From Rhodoblastus sp. (GTDB taxonomy: Bacteria > Pseudomonadota > Alphaproteobacteria > Rhizobiales > Beijerinckiaceae): a DNA stretch of 64,000 nt. The DNA is taken from assembly GCF_019449565.1 (NCBI RefSeq), contig NZ_JAGRPM010000019.1, positions 12,838 to 76,837 of the forward strand. Reading direction: 5' to 3'. Positions 56,388 through 64,000 of this stretch are shown here, one piece after another. The position numbers and the translations under genes were made by a program. The notes beneath the pieces were generated by a model. That model worked only from the letters and a program-made list of their open reading frames with translations, was not told the DNA's origin and did not search any database. The first letter of the stretch is position 1; each line of letters starts with the position of its first letter.

Positions 56388-57243
56388 TTAGAAGATGAAA
56401 GTCACTTGTGTACGCAATTGCCAGTCGGCGCCGAGATCCGGCCGGATAACATTGTAATAGGCGCCAACCATCAGATTGACCGGCAGCTTGCCGATCTTGA
56501 TCACGCGGCCCACGCCGCCGCCCACCGGAACCGTCCATTTGGTTCCCTGCGTCTCCCAGTTGGCCGTGACGATCGGGGAGCTGGTGACATACCAGCCGGC
56601 GCCGAAATTATAGTTCACGAAGGGCTGGGTCAGGAAATTGTTATAGCTCGTGCCGAAGCGCCCGCTGGTTCCGCCGAGCGACCAGACGTTATTGACCAGC
56701 ACGCCCGCGACCCACGGTCCCTTCATATAGACGAGGACGCCGGTCGCTCCGCCGCCCCAGACGCTGGAGCCGAGCAGGGGCGAACTGGCAGTCGGGATCT
56801 GGACGACAGGGCCGACGCCCCAGAGCCAGCCGTCGGTCGGATTGCGCGGCGACAGGAAGGCCGAGAAGGTCGTGGCGCTCGTGCCGAAGTCCTTGCTCGG
56901 CAGCGGCGACATGTCGGGATTCCAGACCAAAGGCAGGATGGTGCGGGTGATGATGTTCCAGTTGTCGCTGATGTGAAACGGAATCACCGGCTGGATATTA
57001 AGAATTTCCTGCGTGCCGTTATGTGGCCCGACGCCGAAATTGGTGTTGCCCTGGAAGGGGAAACTGTAGAGATCGCCGATCGGATTCTGCAGTTTCTTGG
57101 CGAGGTCGGATGCGCTGTCGCCGCCGCTCGCATCGGCAGGCCTGTCCGCGGACGCCTGCTGGGCCTGCGCGGGGGCAAGACCGACGAGCGCCGTGGTGGT
57201 CAGGAAGGCCCGCCAGCAGCGCCGGCGTCTTGAGAGAGATCAT
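56388..57243 (-). pseudogene. Outer-membrane barrel ('neuromedin U'-annotated family) with a +1 frameshift in the signal peptide
   Basis: ATG at 57243. Removing one base from the CCC run at 57209-57211 joins LLAAFLTTTALVG..SDLAKKLQNPIGDL to ORF 56388-56987. Confidence 0.7.
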
Positions 57244-57317
57244 CGGGGTGCGCCTTGGCTTGCGATCGGCCCTTTGTGGGCGATCGTTAAATGAACGATA
57301 GGGCAGGTCTTCGAAAA

Positions 57318-59384
57318 TCACCACGGCTGCGCCGGTCCGATTTGCGGCGACTTCACCGGTTTGGCCATGCCATAGAAGATCACGACACCCTGGCCGCCGC
57401 AGCGGGTGGACAGAGCCTCGTTGGGCTTGAAGGCCACGCAGCTGTCGATATCCTGCCAGTTGTTCATCGCCCAGACGTTGCCGGCAGGATCAACAGCAAT
57501 GTCGGTCTGCATCTGCAAGCCGCCGCCGACATAGCCACCGGGCGGTGCAATCTGATCGCCCGTTTTGAAGCCGGGAGGGCAGGTTTCGGTGCGGACGCCG
57601 CACAGCTGCACGATCGGACTGCTCGGCATCGCGAAGTTGGAGACCCAGACGTTGTCGTCGCCATCGACGGCGGCGGCCCATGGCCCAGGCAGACCGCCGC
57701 CGGTGAAGGGCGAGCCCGCATAAGCCGAACCGTCGGGCCGAAGCAGCGCGACGCTGCCGCCGAAACGGCCGCCCTTCTGCTTGGACATCGTTTCGGTCAG
57801 GTAGTCGGAAGCCGCCTCCACGCCTTTGAGTTTCAGTCGAATGCCCATATCGACCAGATGCATCATGCCCAGCAGCCCGCTGCCGAACCGTTCCGTGACC
57901 CAGACATTGCCCTTGCTGTCGATGGCGAGGCCGCTGCTGTTGAAGCCGACCTTGAAGTTCTCGACCTTGGTCGGATCGGACGCAGGAAAACGGGTGACGT
58001 GGTCGACGCCGCTGTTGGACACCCAGATTCGGTCCTGCTGGTCAACCCCGAGGTGGAACGGCGCCATGAACGACTTGCACGGCTCGGCCGAGTCGGCTTC
58101 GCAAACGATCCGGCCTTTGGTCCAGTCGCCTTTGGGAAAGTGAACCAATTGCCGCTTTTCGATCCCCAGCACCCAGACATCGCCACTCGTCGTGACGATG
58201 ACGCCCTGCATCAGTCCGAGACGCCCGTCGAAAGTGATGCCCTCGGCGGGCGTCAAAGGCTTGCCGTTCTTGTCGAACACTGTGATCGACTTGCTGCCGT
58301 AACTTGTGAGCCAGGCATTGTCGTGGGAATCGACCGCGGCGCCGAAGGTGCCTCCCTCCATGCCGCCGCCCGTGAAGCCGGTGGTCTTTGGCGAAAGCGG
58401 GCGGCCATTCGGAGCGAATTTGGAGGCGTGACCCTGCCACAGCGAATCCTGGCCCTGCCAGCCGACGGAGAAGTTGTCGCCGACCCAAAGGTTGCCCTCA
58501 CTGTCGAACATCGCCTTGCCGCCGGCGCGATAGCCGCCGCCGTCGAATTTCAGCGGCAGCACCCAGGCGCTGGGCGGGTAGTTCAAATAGGGCATGAAAG
58601 GAACCGGCCGTAGGTTCTTGCCTTGCGGAACGGGGTAAAATGAATCGAGAAGCGCAAAAAGACGTTCGGGTTGGCGCCAAGGATAACGCGCAATCGATTG
58701 CGCGGCGGTCAGCATGTCGACGGGAGCCGCGCCTTTGGGCGGCGTCGCCGCCGCGAAGAGCTGAGTGCAGGCGTCGGCCGTTGCACGGCTGGCGCAGCCG
58801 GCCAGCACGTCAGCCAATGTGGCGAAATTGGCCATGGTCGGGGTCTGGCCGCTGTTGAGCGGGTCCTGGATGGCCTCCCCCCATCCGCCGCTTTGTAGAT
58901 CGACGAAATTGGGCACATTGCCGGCGGCGATGCGCAAGCCGAGGGCGTGGCCTTTGATCTCGGCGCCCTCGATGAACTGCGCGTGGGTCCACACCGAGGC
59001 CACAGTGGTCATTTCGTTGATCGCCACCTGGGCCGGCGGCTTGTTCCCCAAAACCGTCAGAAGGGCGATCGCCGGATTGTCGCCGTCGATCTTGTCGGCG
59101 GCCGAATGCCCGCCCTTGGCGACGAGATAGAGCGAGGCGTCCGGGCCGGGCGCATTGGCCGATGCGAAGGAGAAATGTCCGTCGCCATCAGTGCGCGCCT
59201 GCGCCAGCTGCTGCGGCGCGCCGGCGCCCGCCGCCCAGAGCGTCACCGTGGAATTGGCGACCGGCTGGCCGCCGCCAAAGACGCGCCCGTCGAGAGCGTC
59301 GGCCGCAGCCGCATTGGCGGCCAAGCCAATCATGCCGGTCGTCAAAAGGATCGCGGCCAGTTTTGCGTTGTCGACCTTCCGCAT
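57318..59384 (-). CDS. Secreted NHL/beta-propeller repeat protein
   Basis: Signal peptide; repeated xDSxGNxWV blades. Confidence 0.8.
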   Translation of the reverse strand: MRKVDNAKLAAILLTTGMIGLAANAAAADALDGRVFGGGQPVANSTVTLWAAGAGAPQQLAQARTDGDGHFSFASANAPGPDASLYLVAKGGHSAADKIDGDNPAIALLTVLGNKPPAQVAINEMTTVASVWTHAQFIEGAEIKGHALGLRIAAGNVPNFVDLQSGGWGEAIQDPLNSGQTPTMANFATLADVLAGCASRATADACTQLFAAATPPKGAAPVDMLTAAQSIARYPWRQPERLFALLDSFYPVPQGKNLRPVPFMPYLNYPPSAWVLPLKFDGGGYRAGGKAMFDSEGNLWVGDNFSVGWQGQDSLWQGHASKFAPNGRPLSPKTTGFTGGGMEGGTFGAAVDSHDNAWLTSYGSKSITVFDKNGKPLTPAEGITFDGRLGLMQGVIVTTSGDVWVLGIEKRQLVHFPKGDWTKGRIVCEADSAEPCKSFMAPFHLGVDQQDRIWVSNSGVDHVTRFPASDPTKVENFKVGFNSSGLAIDSKGNVWVTERFGSGLLGMMHLVDMGIRLKLKGVEAASDYLTETMSKQKGGRFGGSVALLRPDGSAYAGSPFTGGGLPGPWAAAVDGDDNVWVSNFAMPSSPIVQLCGVRTETCPPGFKTGDQIAPPGGYVGGGLQMQTDIAVDPAGNVWAMNNWQDIDSCVAFKPNEALSTRCGGQGVVIFYGMAKPVKSPQIGPAQPW

Positions 59385-59590
59385 CCTTGCTCCCCTCTTG
59401 AAAAAAACAACGTCCGTCGTGGACGGCATTTATGATCTTGTCCCTTCATCCGTCCAAGCTTCAGACGGCTGGGTTGGGACGCTAACATTGAAAAAAATTT
59501 TCAGGTTGCACAATTTTGGGCAATTAATGGACTTCACCGCAAGATTTCATGGCGATCATAAGGGATTTTGACTTGGATCAAGAAGAGGGG

Positions 59591-59890
59591 ATGCGCATTC
59601 TGACGGGTCGCGGCTGGCTCAGCGCGACCTCGGTCGATTTTCAGCGTGCTATCTTGTCGTTTTGCCGCCGGGATCGCCTCGAAGCCGGCGCCCCGATTCA
59701 GGAAGGCGGCGAGGAAATTGGCGAATTGCTCGGACTTGCGAGTGGCGTCGCTGAAATGAGGAAGATCCTCGGCCCGGCGGACACGCCCATCATGCATTTC
59801 GCGCATCCGGTTTTCTGGTTTGGTTATGTCCCGATCATCTTTGGTAAGCCACGGCGCATCACCGGCGCAGCCAAGACGACGGTTTGGACC
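59591..59890 (+). pseudogene. Truncated Crp/Fnr regulator (cNMP domain only)
   Basis: GWLS...DFQ..IL..C, GLASG, FWFG; no C-terminal HTH. Confidence 0.5.
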
Positions 59891-60120
59891 TCCATCTCCA
59901 TCATTCGCTCGGCGGCAAAGCCGATGAAGAGCGGCGGCCGCAGGCGTGACCAGTTGGACGCGGACTGGAAGGTGTTGAGATCGGGGAAGTTCTGGCCGAT
60001 CAGCTGCATGCGCGCCGGCATCCGGTCCCCGACAATGCCGAGCGGCGCGTCAACGATCGGATAGCGATTGAGGAGGTTCCATGGCCATCTCAGCGCGTAT
60101 GCGCCTGCAAGTTTTGAGGG
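59890..60120 (-). pseudogene. Remnant of an amidase C-terminus
   Basis: WPWNLLNRYPIVDAPLG...P..MQLIG..F.DL..FQ.A resembles the amidase-signature family C-terminus. Confidence 0.45.
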
Positions 60121-60145
60121 GATGCGTTTCGGCCATCGCACGGTC

Positions 60146-61972
60146 TCAGGCGTGCTGCTCGTGTACAAACTTTCCGTTCATCACGGTCATCAGAACCTTC
60201 GTCTTGTGGATGTCCTGTGGCGCGACCTCGAACAGGTTTTTTTCAAGCACGACGAGATCGGCAAGTTTGCCAACCTTGATCGATCCGACCTCGCGCTCCA
60301 TCCGAACCTGATGTGCGGCGGCTAGTGTATTGGCTTTCAGGGCAGCTTCGAGCGAGAGCGCCTCGTTGATTGGCGAAAGTTGCGGGCCTTGGGGCTTGTC
60401 GAGCTCGCGCCGGGTAGTTGCAATCTCGATCGCGTCGAGGGGGCGGTAGGTGCTGTAATAGCCCGCCGCCGGCCAGTCCGTGCCGAGCGAGACAATGCCG
60501 CTATGGTCGAGGATCGACTTCACGCTATACAGCGCGTCGCTACGGGCTGCGCCCCAACGGGCGCGCGTGATGTCCCGCCATTGCTGGTCAGGCGCCGCCC
60601 ACTGAGCCGAGAACTGCGCGACGATCCCGAGCTTTCCGAACCTCGGGACGTCCTGCGGGTCGATCAGGATCAGGTGCGCCAACGCATTCCGGCGATTGCG
60701 GGGCGGGTTCGCCTTGATCGCCGCTTCGAACGCATCGAGCGACAGCCGCGTGCTTCGGTCGCCATAGGAATGGATGTGGATATCAACCCCCTCCCGATCG
60801 GCGCGCCTGATAATGTCGGCGAACAGCTCGGGCGGCAGCAGGGTGTCTCCGCTCGTCGCAGGGTTGTCCGAGTAGGGCGCGAGCATGGCGGCCGTGTACT
60901 GCGCGTCGCCGCCGTCGATGTTCAGCTTCAGCACAGAAGCCTTTACCAGCTCGGACTGGAACTCCCGGCGCAAAGCCTGAATCACCGGCACGGGATCGAT
61001 CGCCGGGTTGTTGTGGTAATAGGATCCGATCACCCGGAACGGCAACTTTCCGTCCCGCTCGGCCTTTGCATATATGTTGAAGCCTTCCGTCTCCGGTAAG
61101 ATCTGCATGCCGGCGTCGAAAACGGTGGTAATGCCGGCAGCCGAGGCTCGCGGAAGCCATTCCGCAAGGGATTCGGCGACATAATTCGCGCTGAACGGTT
61201 CGATGGCGTTGTTGACCTGGATGATGGCCGGAACTTCAACGAGATAGCCCGTCGGCTCGCGTGTCGTCGGATCGCGCGCGAAGTAGCTGAAGCCGGGCAG
61301 GGGGTCCTTCGTGTCCTTCGTAACGCCCGCGAGCGCCAAAGCCTGCGAATTGACCCAGGCGCTATGTCCGTCGATAGCGAGCAGGATGACCGGAACGTCG
61401 GGCCAGATCGCGTCCAGATCCTCCTTGCGCGGGCCGGTCGCCGGGAAGGCGAAGTACCGCCAGCCGAAGCCGCGGACGACATCAACCTTGCCGACCGAAT
61501 CGCGATAGGCCCTGAGCGAGGCGAGAATTTCCTCGCGGCTATTCATTTGCAGATCTGCGCCGCGGGTGAGGGTGGCCCCGATGAGCGGATGGATGTGTCC
61601 TTCGACGAAGCCGGGCAGCAGCATCTTGCCCGCGAGATCCACGACGCGCGTTTCAGGCCCGATGAAGCTTTGAACGCCGGACTCGTCGCCGACAAACGCG
61701 ATGCGTTTGCCCTTGATCGCGACGGCGCGCGCCCACGGCTTGTCGTCGTCGACCGTGTAGACCGGGCCATTCCTGAAAACAATGTCGGCGCTCGGATCCG
61801 CTGCGGCGACCGCCTCCGCAACGAACGACGGCGTAGCGGAGGCCGCGGCTGCCGAGGCCGCGAAGACCACGCTGCGTTTGAGCGCGTTGCGTCGCGTTAG
61901 TCCGGTGGGTTCCGATGTCGATGCGTTGGGGAAGTATTGGCGGAATTTCGCCCAGTGACAACCGATGCACAT
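60146..61972 (-). CDS. Amidohydrolase family 3 (YtcJ-like), Tat signal
   Basis: TRRNALK, NG.VYT, PGFVEGHIH, DGHSAW.NS, IHSYGD, LGTDWP, GKLADLVVL. Confidence 0.92.
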   Translation of the reverse strand: MCIGCHWAKFRQYFPNASTSEPTGLTRRNALKRSVVFAASAAAASATPSFVAEAVAAADPSADIVFRNGPVYTVDDDKPWARAVAIKGKRIAFVGDESGVQSFIGPETRVVDLAGKMLLPGFVEGHIHPLIGATLTRGADLQMNSREEILASLRAYRDSVGKVDVVRGFGWRYFAFPATGPRKEDLDAIWPDVPVILLAIDGHSAWVNSQALALAGVTKDTKDPLPGFSYFARDPTTREPTGYLVEVPAIIQVNNAIEPFSANYVAESLAEWLPRASAAGITTVFDAGMQILPETEGFNIYAKAERDGKLPFRVIGSYYHNNPAIDPVPVIQALRREFQSELVKASVLKLNIDGGDAQYTAAMLAPYSDNPATSGDTLLPPELFADIIRRADREGVDIHIHSYGDRSTRLSLDAFEAAIKANPPRNRRNALAHLILIDPQDVPRFGKLGIVAQFSAQWAAPDQQWRDITRARWGAARSDALYSVKSILDHSGIVSLGTDWPAAGYYSTYRPLDAIEIATTRRELDKPQGPQLSPINEALSLEAALKANTLAAAHQVRMEREVGSIKVGKLADLVVLEKNLFEVAPQDIHKTKVLMTVMNGKFVHEQHA

Positions 61973-62003
61973 GACCGCTTCTCCTTGCGTCCGATCCGGA
62001 CGC

Positions 62004-62321
62004 TCAATGCGAGAGTTTCAGGGTGACGACGCCGGCAAGGATGAGCCCGACGCCGAAAAACCGGCCCAGGCTGACGGCGTCGCCGTAAAACAGGATCCCG
62101 AACAGAAACGTCCCCGCCGCGCCGATGCCCGTCCACACCGCATAGGACGTGCCCATGGGGATTTCTCGTTGCGCCAGCCAGAGGAGATAGCCGCTCCCGA
62201 ACATGAACATCAGCGCGACGATCACACCGATCAGGCGCTGTCCTTCGACCTGCGCCATCTTCAGGCCGACCGGCCAGCCGATCTCGAGGAGCCCGGCGGA
62301 CATAAGATAGATCCAGGACAA
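62004..62321 (-). CDS. SMR family transporter (SugE/Gdx-like)
   Basis: TTG start after GGGAG; AGLLEIGWPVGLK, GTSYAVWTGIGAAG. Confidence 0.88.
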   Translation of the reverse strand: MSWIYLMSAGLLEIGWPVGLKMAQVEGQRLIGVIVALMFMFGSGYLLWLAQREIPMGTSYAVWTGIGAAGTFLFGILFYGDAVSLGRFFGVGLILAGVVTLKLSH

Positions 62322-62383
62322 GGAATTCTCCCATTGAATGGCGCGGATGCGATGACGGCCTGCGGCCCTCACCGTTTGTCGCA

Positions 62384-63238
62384 TCAGAAGATGAACGTAA
62401 GTTGGGTGCTCAATTGCCAATGCGCGCCGACATCCGGTTTGACGACGTTGTAATAAGCGCTGACCGACAGATCGACCGGCTGATCGCCGATATGGAAGAC
62501 GCGGCCCGCCCCGCCGCCGATCGGCACGGTCCATTTGGTTCCCTGAAACTGCCAGTTCGCCGTGACATTCGGACTGGAGGAGAGATACCAGCCGTCGTCG
62601 AGGTTGTAGGCGACGAAGGGATTGAGGAGGAAAGTGCTGTAGCCGCTGCCGGATGGTCCGCGCGTCCCGCCGAGCGACCAGATGTTGTTGAACAGCGCGC
62701 CAGTGACCCAGGGGCCGGTCGAATAGACGATCGCCGCGCTGGGGCCTCCGCCCCAGACGCTCGAACCGAGCGTTGTGCTGCTGATCGTCGGGAACTGCAC
62801 CACGGGGCCCACGCCCCAGAGCCAGCCGTTGATGTCATGACGAGGCGCGAGGAAGGCGGTGAAGGATGTCGGGCCTGTGCCGACCGGCACGGTCGGAATT
62901 GGCGAGGCGTCCGGGTTCCACACGACCGGCAGGATCGTTCGGGTGATGACGTTCCAGTCGTCGCTCACGTGGAAGGGGAGCACCGGCTGCGCTTGAAGAA
63001 CGTTTTGCGTCCCGCCGCGCGGTCCATAGCCGCAGTTCACCTTGTTCTGCAGCGGCACGCTGATGAGGTCGCCGACCGGGTTCTGGATTTGCTTGGCGAG
63101 ATCGCTGCTGCTCTCGGACTTCGCATTGTCGCCGATCAGGCGTTCGGCGGCGGCGCAGGATGGCGCTGAAGCGCCCGCGACGACCAAAGAGAGCAGGCCG
63201 GCTGCCACCTTCAAAGTAAAATGGCCGCATTTCAGCAT
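62384..63238 (-). CDS. Outer-membrane barrel, paralogue of 56388-57243
   Basis: SDLAKQIQNPVGDL, WNVITRTILP, KWTVPIGGG.GRV, C-terminal TFIF. Confidence 0.8.
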   Translation of the reverse strand: MLKCGHFTLKVAAGLLSLVVAGASAPSCAAAERLIGDNAKSESSSDLAKQIQNPVGDLISVPLQNKVNCGYGPRGGTQNVLQAQPVLPFHVSDDWNVITRTILPVVWNPDASPIPTVPVGTGPTSFTAFLAPRHDINGWLWGVGPVVQFPTISSTTLGSSVWGGGPSAAIVYSTGPWVTGALFNNIWSLGGTRGPSGSGYSTFLLNPFVAYNLDDGWYLSSSPNVTANWQFQGTKWTVPIGGGAGRVFHIGDQPVDLSVSAYYNVVKPDVGAHWQLSTQLTFIF

Positions 63239-63421
63239 TGAACGATCTCAATTCCAGACCGTTTGCTTCTATGGTTTTCAGGCAATGATTGAATTGATCC
63301 AAGTCAACCGCTAAGAAACATCGTATGGGTAGGGTGTTTTTTCAGTAAAGACATGGCGAGCCAGTTGAATTCAAATTCGATCAATGAAAACAGCGGCGCC
63401 ACCCGCTCAATACGGAACGAC

Positions 63422-64000
63422 TCACGAGGCTACGAAGGTCATTTGAGGGGCATGGCCTGACGAACCGACAAGGTGGAGCCGCACCCTGCGCGGGCTCGCT
63501 CCATACCATTTGTTGAAAGCGCGGGTGAAGGCCGAATTCTCCGAATAACCCAACATGTAGGCGATCTCAGTCAACGGAAGCTGCCGCTGCGCGATATAGG
63601 AGCGCGCCAGGCCGCGGCGCGTTTCTTCAAGCAGAGCGGAAAATGAGGTTCCCTCCTCGGCCAGTCGACGCTGGAGGGTCCAGCGATGCATGCCGATCGC
63701 TTCGGAAAGATCCTCTACGCCGATGCGGTTGGTCGCCAGTAATTGCCGGATTTCGCCCTTGACACGGTTGATAAACCTTGGCGCGCCAATTGATCCCGTC
63801 AACCGCAAAAGTTCCTGCGTGCGCAACGCCAGAGCCGTTCGATCCGCCTGCGGCATCGAGGCGGCCAATTTCGCATTCTTGAAAATGATCGCATTTTGCT
63901 GCTGCGACCAGTGGATCTCGGCGTCGAAGATTGTTTCGTGCTGCTTCCAGTAGGCCGGCCGCGGATGCTCGAACAGGACGATGTCGGGCGTCCAGCGCGC
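63422..64000 (-). CDS. AraC family regulator, cut by the window edge
   Basis: MH..TLQRRLAEEGTSF..LL, IAYMLGYSENSAFTRAF.KW.G.SP; frame open to base 64000. Confidence 0.9.
   Translation of the reverse strand, partial: ARWTPDIVLFEHPRPAYWKQHETIFDAEIHWSQQQNAIIFKNAKLAASMPQADRTALALRTQELLRLTGSIGAPRFINRVKGEIRQLLATNRIGVEDLSEAIGMHRWTLQRRLAEEGTSFSALLEETRRGLARSYIAQRQLPLTEIAYMLGYSENSAFTRAFNKWYGASPRRVRLHLVGSSGHAPQMTFVAS

Noticed and set aside
61955-61972. CxxCH haem motif (MCIGCH) in the amidohydrolase
   Set aside because: It precedes the Tat signal and would be removed with it, so c-type haem attachment is unlikely.

Overview
GC-rich alphaproteobacterial chromosome segment. A XoxG-like cytochrome c, an Omp25/RopB-type barrel and adc/patatin genes suggest a Methylocystis/Methylosinus-like host, but this taxonomy is inference. 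Left third (1-22.9 kb): a DUF1553-DUF1501 locus with a periplasmic redox cluster (two cytochromes c', cytochrome b, rhodanese, peroxiredoxin, GlcG/HbpS), a 'headless' CCA-enzyme-like protein, an RND efflux operon, adc, two patatins, SulP and NupC. Centre (22949-36405): a 13.45-kb integrated element bounded by a 7-bp TGGTCGA core repeat. It splits a flavin-reductase gene, and excision would restore the gene in frame. The element has a PICI-like backbone (tyrosine integrase, AlpA-like HTH, primase-polymerase, AAA_25 helicase). It also carries TerS plus TerL, a DUF2213-like scaffold homologue and a five-repeat small protein, with no recognisable portal, capsid or tail genes. It is the best candidate here for an undescribed phage-satellite type. 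Right third: fabI, hbd, GGDEF/EAL, an arylsulfatase/DUF1254/DUF2092/outer-membrane-barrel cluster, assorted transport and redox genes, and a partly decayed accessory block (duplicated barrels, beta-propeller protein, Crp and amidase remnants, Tat amidohydrolase, SMR, AraC). All family calls are by eye from motifs; no database search was run.
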